64,000 bases of DNA from a virus. The notes beneath the pieces are model-generated. The model had not been told where the DNA came from, did no database searches, and worked only from the letters and a program-made list of their open reading frames with translations. The stretch is from the IMG/VR virus record IMGVR_UViG_3300036792_000267, positions 64,001 through 128,000 of that record, one strand, 5' to 3'. The stretch's first letter is position 1, and every line of letters starts with the position of its first letter. Positions 55,553-64,000 of this stretch are shown piece by piece. The position numbers were made by a program, and so were the translations under genes.

Positions 55553-57831
55553 ATGACTGAGATCGAGACGCTTTCCGAGGACGCCATCGTCGTCCTGGCC
55601 GCGCTGCGCGACGCGTCCACCATCCGCCGCGAGCCGACCGCCGCGCACCCGAGCGGCTACCAGCGCTTTTTCACCGTCACCAACCTGGTGTCCGACGGGC
55701 TGCTATTCGGCGGGGACCTGCGCAACATGCGCGGCATCGCCGCCCTGGACAAGACCGCGCGCGGTCTCTACAAGAAGGGCCTGGTGCACGCGCAGACCTT
55801 GCACACGCGCCGCTACTACGCGCTGACCGACGCCGGGGAGGCGCTGCTGGCCAGGATCGAGAAGGAGGCCGGCGTTGACGGCCTGGTGGCCGCGGAGATC
55901 GAGCACCGCAAGGCCCGTGCCGAGGCCGAGGCCGCGCAGGCCCGTGCCCGCGACGCCATGGAGGCGCTGAGGCTGGCCCGCAAGGCGGCCGGAGCGCGCT
56001 ATTCGCTGGAGTCGCTGTTGGACGCGCGCCGCGAGCACCCGCTGAGCAGGAGGTAAGACGATGCCTAAGCAGTACGAGGACTACACCACCGGCCCGGACG
56101 GCGACGAGCACCACCCGGCTTTCGGCCTGGTCGCCCTTCACCGGATCAGCGCCAGCCCTGGCGCGGACCTGTTCCAGTCGGACGTCCGGCACCCGGAGTA
56201 CATGCGGGTCACGGTTCACGAGGCCACTCGCAAGCGCGACGGGTACCGCGACTGGGTGCACCCGGAGCGGGTGGTCTGCGAGATCAGCCTTTCGATGGCG
56301 CAGTTCGCATCGTTCGTGGCCAGCACCGGCCAGGGCAGCGGGGTCCCGTGCACGATCGAGTGGACCACCGCCGGCACGCACGAGCCGGGAGACCGGCCGG
56401 GGCTTCTGCCGGCACCGCGGCTCTCGCTCACCCATGACGAGGTGCGGGCGGCGGCGCACGAGGCGTTCAGGGGCATCAAGGCGGCCGAGTCGGCGTACTG
56501 GAACGCGGTGGACAACAAGGCACCGGCTGCGGAGCGCAAGCAGCTCCGGGCGAAGCTGAGTGCCGCGATCCGCAACGCCGAGCCGAACGTGGAGTACGCG
56601 GCCAAGACGCTGGACGAGCACGCCGGGGCCGTGGTGGAGCAGTCCCGCACCGACGTTGAGACCATGGTCTTTGAGGCGGCTAAGCGGGCTGGCATCGAGC
56701 CGGAGGCGATCGTCCGCGCCATCACCGATGGGTCGTGACACCGTGAAGTGGCCCTGGCGTAAGCTCGCACCCCGGCTGCCTGCCCGGAGGTGGTTCGCGG
56801 ACGATGACGGCACCTTCTACCGCAACTGCCCGCTCATCGACGCTGAGCGGGACGAGGTGATGGCGTGGCCGCTGCTCACGCCGGGCAAGTTCGGGGCCTT
56901 GGAGGCCGAGTGGCGCGAGACGTTCAAGGCTGGCGTGCAGCGTAAGGCTGCGCTTGACCCTGGTGACGTGGTGGTCACCCCCGCGCCGTTCCGCGAGGCG
57001 TATCCGCATCACCCGGGCTTGTGGGTGCTTGACGATGACTGACCGGGTTACGCGGGTGTACCGCCTGGACATTCAATATCCCGAGGGGAGCGACGCCCCC
57101 GGGTGGGTGCCCGCGTGCTGGCCTGAGTTCCTGGCGAACATCAAGGACAAGGCGCAGCGCCGTGCGTTGCGCCGCCGCGGGTTCCGCTGGCCGCGCGAGC
57201 ACCTGTACCTGTCGGCGTCGGGCGCGTGGTCGCGTGCCTGGCTGCTCATGTCGTTCGGCGCGGAGGTCTACGTGGAGGCGTCCGACCCGGTGACCTGGCC
57301 CGAGTGGCAGGACTCCAGCGCCAACGGGCGCGGCTGGGAGAGCGGCAGCACGGCGGCGCGCTGGGCGCCTCCGGAGCCGGAGGTAAGCGCAGCGGATGTC
57401 TTCCGCGAGCAGGCCGCCGGCTTCTGGGCTGCTTACTTCGAGGGCAAGGGGCCACCAGCCGACCGGGGGGCACTACAAGCTGAGGGAGAATCCTGATGTT
57501 CCGGAGGAAGACGGCACCTGAGCCGGAGCGCAGCCCGCACCCGGACCCGCGTGTTGAGGCGCAGCTGCAGCACGTCCTGGCCTTGTACGCCTCAGCTCAC
57601 CGGACTGAGGAACGCCTGGCGGACATCGCGGCGGAGCAGAAACTGCTTGACCAGAAAGCCCGTGCCTATGCCGACGAGCCTGGCACGTCGAAGCGACTGG
57701 CGGAGCAGTCAGGCCGGCTGCGTGCCGAGCGCGCGGAGCTGGAGGCGTTCATCGGCCAGGTGCACGAGGACATTACTTCCCGGCTGGTGAGCCTGGGGAA
57801 CGACGCCCTGTACCTGCACGCGGCATCGTGA
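55553..57831 (+). other. five hypothetical genes (55553-56056 wHTH-like, 56061-56738, 56728-57042, 57035-57496, 57496-57831)
   Basis: coupled ORFs; YYALTDAG wHTH-like end in the first. Confidence 0.65.
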
Positions 57832-57844
57832 GTTAGTTATTTGC

Positions 57845-57906
57845 TTGACTGTAGTCAAGACACCCCGTAGACTGGTGCTGTAACCAACCGAAGGGCAGGC
57901 ACCCCG
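57845..57906 (+). promoter_or_regulatory. operator/promoter/start cassette 4
   Basis: TTGACTGTAGTCAA; TTGACT-N17-TAGACT; GAAGGGCAGGCACCCCG-ATG. Confidence 0.85.
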
Positions 57907-59494
57907 ATGACCGAGAACACCGCCGCTGACATGGCGCAGCTCCGCGAGCACGTGATTGAGGCCCGCGAGTCCGCGCAGTTCCTGGCGGTCGCGTACGGCG
58001 ACAGCGGGAGCGAAACGGGCGCGGCGAACGTCGAGGGCCAGGTGAAGGCCTATAACGACGTGCTGCGCATGATCGACCGTTACGTGCTGCAGCCGGGCGA
58101 GCGCCGCGCGGCCAACGGCGTCGTCATCGGCTCGGGCGCGCGCCCGGACATCCCGCGCTTCGGCGCCGACGAGACCGACAACGACTACCCGCCAGAGGCT
58201 CCGGAATGAGCGGCGTCTCGGTTCAGGTGGGCCCGCGGTCGGTCGGCGAGCGCTGTGCGGCCTGGGGACTGGCAATCGCGCGGGACAGGTTCATGACCGT
58301 CCTGGTGGTTGCCGCTGTCGTGTTCGAGGCTGTTCTGGTCACGGTCATCATGCTGGCCAATGCTGCGGCGCGCGACTCCGGGCCCGCGGTCTTCACCCCG
58401 CCGACGGCGTTCTGCCCGGCAGGCCAGTACGTAACAAGTATCAGCGCGTCCGGGTGGCCGGTCTGCGTTCCCGGCCACTAGAAGGGCAGGCGCATGGCAC
58501 TGAACGACGAGGATCTGCTGAAGCTCGTGAGTGAGCTGAACAGCGACTACAACGAGGACGTCGGCGAGTTCGGCGGTTACGTGACGTACAGCATCGACGC
58601 CGGCGTGCTCACGGTGAAGGCCCAGATGGCCACCGACGCGGACGGCCAGCAGCCCCTGGAGGCTACGGAGCGGTCCTGGCGGCTGGTTCCCGTACGTCCG
58701 GGTGGCGAGTGAAATGCTGAAGATCACCTTCGCCCTTGACCAGGAGAATGACGGCATTGAGATCAGGCACGACGGCAGGCAGGTCTTCTGGGACAACGCG
58801 CCGGACGGCTGGACCTCGTACTTCCAGGTCATGCCGTGCGGCGTGCCCGTGCTGCTGGACTACGACAACGGCGACCCCCGCGAGCCGGACGACCGCGACT
58901 ACCCGCAAGGCGAGGGCACTGACTCGCGCCTCAAGCGCTGGCTGGTCGACAACGGCACCGACCCGCGTATCCGCGAGATCGAGTACGACGAGGACGACCA
59001 GCCGCTCACCGCGGCTGAGGACGTCACCATGTCTGGCGCGGACCTGCATTCCCTGCTGCTTCAGGTGGCCGAGCGGATGTACTGGTACGGCGCGGATGAC
59101 GTCGTTGAGCGGCACGGCATCCGGTGATCCTCACCTTGTTCGAGGCTGCGCTGTCGGCCTGCGTGGCCGCGTGGCTCAAGATCTGCGAGAGCCTGCCTGA
59201 CCTGCTTGCGGTCATCTTCCTCGCCCGCGTGGGCCTGACCCTGGCGCGTGTCCGGTGAGCGGCGGCCTGACCCCGGGCGAGAGGGTGGCGGCCGGGCGCG
59301 CGTTCGCTGACGTGCACGACTGGGCGGGCAGCGCCTGGCGCAGCCTTGAGTCAGTGGTGGTGCCGCCGACCCGCGCGAGCGTGCTGGCGAGCGTCGATGA
59401 GCTGGCGAAGCGCCTGGAGGAGATTCGGCTGCAGCTGGACATGCCCGAACTTCCTTCGGCTAACTGGCAGTCTGCCGGAACCGGGTGGGTGTAG
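57907..59494 (+). other. small hypothetical genes (57907-58209, 58206-58481, 58494-58712, 58702-59127, 59255-59494)
   Basis: coupled ORFs; GAAGGGCAGGC before 58494. Confidence 0.6.
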
Positions 59495-59496
59495 TC

Positions 59497-59724
59497 GTGG
59501 CCACCGACACCGGCAGCTACCTGCGCAAGCTCAAACAGCGCGGCTACACGGTGCCCGAGCGCAGGGACGGCCAGGGACACCGGCAGGTCTGGCACGGTAA
59601 CACGCTGGTGGCCACCATCTCGGTCTCCAATCCGGGCGGCCGGGGGTTCGCCAACCTGAAGGCTGAAATCCGCCGGTACGAGCAAAACAAGCCGACCAGG
59701 AAGACACGACAGAGGAGAACCTGA
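59497..59724 (+). CDS. HicA-like small basic protein
   Basis: YLRKLKQRGYTV...GHRQV...ANLKAEIRR pattern; no HicB seen. Confidence 0.5.
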   Translation: MATDTGSYLRKLKQRGYTVPERRDGQGHRQVWHGNTLVATISVSNPGGRGFANLKAEIRRYEQNKPTRKTRQRRT

Positions 59725-60029
59725 TGGAAGAGCCGAAGCCAGAGGACTACCTGTTCCTGCCCGTCGACCAGGTGGCCGCGCCCGTCAAGGGCGTTTACTT
59801 CCAGCGCTATGCCGACGCTTGGTGGGCCGTTCACCCGGACAAGGGCCTGGTCTTCTACAACCCGCGACGCGGTGACGGCCGGCGCAGGCACAGCTACTGG
59901 GGTGCCCCGCAGTGCAATACCGATGAGCGCATTGCCCGCGGGGTCTCGCGCGACCACCTCCCGTTCCCCGTGGAGGTCCGCAAGTTTCCGGTGGTCTTTG
60001 TCCAGGTCAACATCAGCGACTACGCTTAA
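59724..60029 (+). CDS. hypothetical protein
   Basis: GGAGAA RBS, TGATG coupling. Confidence 0.65.
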   Translation: MEEPKPEDYLFLPVDQVAAPVKGVYFQRYADAWWAVHPDKGLVFYNPRRGDGRRRHSYWGAPQCNTDERIARGVSRDHLPFPVEVRKFPVVFVQVNISDYA

Positions 60030-60033
60030 TAGC

Positions 60034-60093
60034 TTGACCCGAGTCAAGCCACAGCCTAGACTGCCCGTAGGCAACCGAGCGAAGGGCGGGCAT
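60034..60093 (+). promoter_or_regulatory. operator/promoter/start cassette 5
   Basis: TTGACCCGAGTCAA; TTGACC-N17-TAGACT; GAAGGGCGGGCAT-ATG. Confidence 0.85.
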
Positions 60094-61543
60094 ATGAGCG
60101 GTACCAGGGAAGTGTGTGCGAGGAACTGCGGCAGTCGCAGCGCCATGTGGTTCTACCACGGCGAGTGGGTCTGTGACCGCTGCTACAAGGCCGAGGAGTT
60201 CAGGCCGGGTCACTGGAACACCGGCGACCAGATGCATTTTCTCGGGCTGTGCAACGACTGCGACGCGCGCTACGCGGCGGCCATGTCACTGGAGAAGGCC
60301 GAGCAGTGGTACCGCTCCGGCCACTTCAGCCAGGACGTCTACGAGGCCTACACCCACGTGTGGGCGACGTCGGCGTACCACTACAGCTCGCTAGGTGACA
60401 ACTCGCGGCGCTCGCCGGTTATCCCCGAGGTCGTGCGCCTGGTCGCCATCATGCGCGGCGAGCTGGCCTTGCGGGTGACCGTGAAGCGGAAGGGGACGCA
60501 TGCTCACCACTGAGCAGCTAGACGAGACCGAACGGCGGTACCTGCCTGCCGACCAGCAGAAGTGCCGGGTCTGCGGCGCTTCCCTGGTGTTTTCTTCTAG
60601 CGGGGACCGCTTCGGGGGCGGCTCGCGCTACAACTGCTCCAGCGACGACGCGAGCCCGCTGCGCAGTACGCTGCCGTTGCGTGAGCGCCTGGAGCACTGG
60701 GACCGGAGCACCTGGTATGACCGCGGGGACGTGAACATGCTCGTTGTCGAGCTGGTGCGGGCGTACCGCGAGCTGGAGCCGCGGGCGGCCTGCCCGTGCT
60801 TCGACGCGGCCATGGAGGAGCGCTTGAGGAATGACTGAGCCGAAGGAAGTTAGCCGCCTGGCCGAATCCCTGCGCGTGCTGGGATTCGGCCCGTTCGTGT
60901 TCGTGAGTGGCACGCCCGGCGGCGCGTGGGAGGTGGGCGTCGAGGGCGGTCACGTTCGTGCGGCGGCGGGCTTCGAGTTCCGCAACGGCCGGACCAGGCG
61001 CACTGACGGGACCATGGTCATCGACGGGAAGCCCGCGCCCCTGGCTGAGGACCTGGACGACCTGCGGCGCATTTGGGATGAGCACGAGGGGGGCGTGGCT
61101 GCCCCGCCGACCCCCCTGTAGCCCTGGTGGAGATTTCCGACCCCGGCAGTCAGCCGGTGCCGCACATGGTCAGCTTCACCGCGGACAACATGAGGCGCGC
61201 AGCTGAGGCCGGGGCCGGGTTCGAGGTCCGCGTAGGCACTTCGGGCGCGCACTGGGTCCTTGGCATCGACCTGCCGGGCGGCGACGGCCTGCGGATCGTG
61301 TTTACCCGCTACCGGCGGGTGTGGGACCTGGACAGGGGCCAGTCCGTACAGGTCATTGTCGGCGGCGAGGACAGGTCAGCGCAGGCAGGCGGCGACGTCG
61401 AGGCGGCGATGGCCCTGCTGGCGGGCGGTTCTGCCTCCCCTCCGGCCGATTCGCCTCCTGGCAGGTCGGCAGTCGGCCGGCGCGAGTCCTCGCGGCCCAC
61501 TACCGGGGTAGCCACGCGGCGGATGGTGGTAATCCGCGAATGA
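60094..61543 (+). other. four hypothetical genes (60094-60513, 60500-60838, 60831-61121, 61127-61543)
   Basis: overlapping ORFs, CxxC motifs in first two. Confidence 0.6.
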
Positions 61544-61579
61544 CATCTAGACGGACAGTAGCCGGTCAGTTACTCTCAG

Positions 61580-62212
61580 GTGGTGGACGAATCGGTCGCA
61601 TCCCTGGCAGACCCCTCCCTCCGGGGGTTTATCCGCGAGATCCGGCGTATTCTCGTCCATCCTGACCTGGGCCTGGACCAGAAGCTCATCGCCGTGGCGG
61701 GCGCGGCGGACGAGCTGGCCCCTCCCCCGGGTCCCTCCCCGGCAACCCGGCTGGCCCTGATGCTGCGGCGCGGCGGTAAGCCGTTCACGCTGCTGGCCGC
61801 CGGGGTCGCCGGGGAGGAAGTCCGCGTGAAGCTTGACCGCCAGGAGACCCGGCCGCCGAACGACCGGGAGTGGCGGCTGCTGTCGCGACCCGGGCAGGTG
61901 CAGAGCCGGGCTGGCTCCCTGTACCTGCCCGGGTCCGGCCTGGTGGTGGCGGAGGTGACTTCCGTGGTGGTGCCGTTCCGCCTGGACGCCTACGCGCGCG
62001 CCGAGCTGAAGGCGGGGAAGGTGCCGCTGGGCGCGGTGCTCGCGGCCCTGCCGGGGGCACGCCGGGAGCCGCTGGAAGTCCGCGAGACCTGCGCCGGCCG
62101 GGTGCTGTCGGCAGCGCGGATGCACGCGGGCGGCTGGCCGGTGGCGCTGGCTACGGAGTCCGTCACGCCCGAGTTCATCGCCCTACTTGACTCAAGTCAA
62201 GCCATCGCCTAA
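61580..62212 (+). CDS. chorismate-lyase/UTRA-fold-like protein
   Basis: R...L...VVAEVTSVV...RL...L..G.VPLGAVL...RE...ATE pattern. Confidence 0.5.
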   Translation: MVDESVASLADPSLRGFIREIRRILVHPDLGLDQKLIAVAGAADELAPPPGPSPATRLALMLRRGGKPFTLLAAGVAGEEVRVKLDRQETRPPNDREWRLLSRPGQVQSRAGSLYLPGSGLVVAEVTSVVVPFRLDAYARAELKAGKVPLGAVLAALPGARREPLEVRETCAGRVLSAARMHAGGWPVALATESVTPEFIALLDSSQAIA

Positions 62213-62250
62213 GCTTGGCCGTACAGGCAGCCAAGCGAAGGGCAGGCACG
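62187..62250 (+). promoter_or_regulatory. operator/promoter/start cassette 6
   Basis: TTGACTCAAGTCAA; TTGACT-N17-TAAGCT; GAAGGGCAGGCACG-ATG. Confidence 0.85.
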
Positions 62251-62649
62251 ATGGCAGACATCAAGCGGATCAACACGAGGGCGCAGCTACAGGAGCTGGC
62301 CAGTGAGCTGGGCGTGCTCCCCGACTGGCACGAGCCGAACCAGAGCGGCGTTGACGCCCTGGTGAGCGGCCACATGCTCGACAACGCGGGCTTCTGGGGC
62401 GTGGGCGGGACGGGCACCCTTCCGTCGGCCTACCAGGAGCTGTGGGTCACCATCACGCAGAAGAGCGACTACGACGGCAACGCCATCGCGGTGGCCGAGG
62501 TCAACCTCGCGATGCTGCTGGCCTGGTCGTGCGGCTACGAGGAAGAGCCGCGTCGGGCCACCGGGGGGACCACGACGGCACGACCCGGCAGCCAGGAGGC
62601 TTCCGACGTCTACCGCAGTCACCGTAACCGCCTGCGCGGCGGTAAGTAG
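62251..62649 (+). CDS. hypothetical protein
   Basis: ATG after cassette 6. Confidence 0.7.
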   Translation: MADIKRINTRAQLQELASELGVLPDWHEPNQSGVDALVSGHMLDNAGFWGVGGTGTLPSAYQELWVTITQKSDYDGNAIAVAEVNLAMLLAWSCGYEEEPRRATGGTTTARPGSQEASDVYRSHRNRLRGGK

Positions 62650-62688
62650 CCGCTTGACCGCAGTCGAGTCGGCGCGCACACTGGCGGT

Positions 62689-62812
62689 GATAAGCCCGCT
62701 TCACGCAATTCCCCGAGGAGGCCGCGCACACGCCAGGCACAACTGAATCCCTAAGACACGAAACATCCCCGGTAACAGCCCCGTGGCCTTCTGCCCGCGG
62801 GGCTGTTACTTT
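62689..62812 (+). ncRNA. candidate small RNA
   Basis: TTGACC-N17-CACACT promoter with operator variant; 15-bp terminator stem 62772-62809 + TTT; no credible ORF. Confidence 0.5.
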
Positions 62813-62850
62813 GCCGTGCGGCGGCCACCGCGCGCCGCTACGATGCGGCC

Positions 62851-63624
62851 ATGCCTGATGACCCGTTCGCCGCGCTGTACGCCGAGCACCTGCCGGCCGC
62901 GCGGCGCCTGGCCCTGGCCCTGGTGCCCGCCGACGCGGCCGAGGACATCGTGGCGGAGGCGTTCACGCGGGTGCTGGCGCGGCAGCTGGCGGGCGGCGGG
63001 CCTGACGGCGCGTTCCGCCCCTACCTGCTGGCTGCGGTGCGCAACCTGGCGCGAGACTGGCTGGCCGAGCGGCGCCGCGTCGCCCCCTCGCCGATCGACC
63101 CTCGCGCGCACCGGGTGCCAGGCGCCGGCGAGCTGGTGACCGCGGCCGAGGAGGCGGCGATGACCCGCCGGGCGTTCGAGTCCCTGCCCGGCCGCTGGCG
63201 CGCGGTGCTGTGGCAGACCGAGGTGGAGGGGCGCACGCCGGGCGAGCTGGCGCAGGTCTCCGGCATGACCCCCAACGCCGTGGCGCAGCTGGCGGCGCGG
63301 GCGCGCATCGGCCTGGCGCTGGCGTGGCACCGCGAGCGGGGCACGCAGGAGCGCATCACCGGGCCGGCCCCTGCGCTGGTTCGGCTGGCGGAGCGGAAAT
63401 ACCGGAAGACGCTTGACACGAGTCAAGCCGATAGCTTAGACTGTGACTACAGCAAGCGGAACGGACCAGAGGGCAGGCACCCGATGTACGCAGGCGAGTA
63501 CTACGCAGACGGCGACAACTACTACCCCGGCTCCGATGACGACGAGCTGAGCCCGTTCGACCAGGCGATGAGCCAGCTGGCCGTGCAGGCCGCGCGCATC
63601 GCGCAGTTCGAGCAGGGCAACTAG
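62851..63624 (+). CDS. ECF-type RNA polymerase sigma factor
   Basis: FAALYAEH...AEDIVAEAF...AFRPYL...RNLARD (region 2); AFESLPGRWRAVLWQTEVEG...ELA...NAV..L..RARIGL (region 4); TACGAT 6 nt before ATG. Confidence 0.85.
   Translation: MPDDPFAALYAEHLPAARRLALALVPADAAEDIVAEAFTRVLARQLAGGGPDGAFRPYLLAAVRNLARDWLAERRRVAPSPIDPRAHRVPGAGELVTAAEEAAMTRRAFESLPGRWRAVLWQTEVEGRTPGELAQVSGMTPNAVAQLAARARIGLALAWHRERGTQERITGPAPALVRLAERKYRKTLDTSQADSLDCDYSKRNGPEGRHPMYAGEYYADGDNYYPGSDDDELSPFDQAMSQLAVQAARIAQFEQGN
63413..63483 (+). promoter_or_regulatory. operator/promoter/start cassette 7
   Basis: TTGACACGAGTCAA; TTGACA-N18-TAGACT; GAGGGCAGGCACCCG-ATG. Confidence 0.8.
63484..63624 (+). CDS. small acidic protein (in frame with sigma C-terminus)
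   Basis: own promoter and start cassette; MYAGEYYADGDNYYPGSDDD... Confidence 0.6.
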   Translation: MYAGEYYADGDNYYPGSDDDELSPFDQAMSQLAVQAARIAQFEQGN

Positions 63625-63627
63625 GCC

Positions 63628-64000
63628 CCGGCGGGCCGCCGACAACCTAAGCCCAAGCCAGTACCTGCCTGCGGGCGGGGTGCGGACATTGGCGGTGAGG
63701 CGGCCCGGCGGACAACTCCACAGAGACTTGGGGGCAACGGGACCCTGCAAGGCCAACGCCCTGCGTTGTGTCAAGATCGCAACTTGGCGTCCTCGCGGGC
63801 TGGGGTCGGAAACCGATGGCCGTTGTCCCCTAAAACTCCCCGGGCTGTTGTATCGAGTACCTGGCGAACGCGTGAGCGACACAGGCAGGATTAAGTTCCA
63901 GCCTTTGGCAACACCGCTACGGACCAGCGAAACACGCGGCAGCCCGGGGGTTAGGCGGAGGGTAACCCCTGGCGGTTCTGGGTTACCTGAGTGCACCCTC
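63628..64000 (+). ncRNA. large structured non-coding RNA, class unknown, truncated by window edge
   Basis: long helices 63632-40/63699-707, 63731-40/63820-30, 63838-50/63937-49, 63961-68/63980-87; GNRA-type loops; no + strand ORF. Confidence 0.55.

Noticed and set aside
53610-63426. CRISPR-like array from recurring palindromes
   Set aside because: Repeats are 0.3-2.4 kb apart, separated by genes, and coincide with promoters; no cas genes.
63433-63453. AGC-TTA...AGC in the sigma factor C-terminal extension
   Set aside because: In frame, so no hop is needed, and the TTA overlaps the TAGACT -10 of cassette 7; probably incidental.
1-64000. tRNA genes (including a phage tRNA-Leu UAA), rRNA, integrase, terminase
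   Set aside because: None recognised by eye in this window; tRNAscan-SE on the full genome would be informative for the bypass model.

Overview
High-GC actinobacteriophage (or prophage) segment. Order: head genes (portal, MuF-like, protease/scaffold, decoration, lambda gpE-like capsid), neck genes, a glycosyltransferase, an Lsr2-like gene, a lysis/cell-wall cassette and siphovirus tail genes (1-42.6 kb); a Streptomyces-plasmid/AICE-like transfer module (GntR, HTH, DUF2637, TraB); then small accessory genes, an ECF sigma factor and structured non-coding RNA at the right end. Main finding: the major capsid gene (once) and the tape measure gene (twice in series) are frame-broken by short non-coding gaps of the same form, codon X - TTA - spacer - codon X. 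This is the signature of UUA-(bldA tRNA)-dependent translational bypassing. A further TTA cluster lies at 4011-4209. Also seen: a CCGAT-N9-start leaderless late-promoter motif, RBS-occluding hairpins, a TTGAC-N4-GTCAA operator/promoter cassette, seven free-standing homing endonucleases with low-GC recoded patches, a DivIVA-like gene and several candidate regulatory RNAs. All product calls come from motif recognition and synteny by eye, not database searches.
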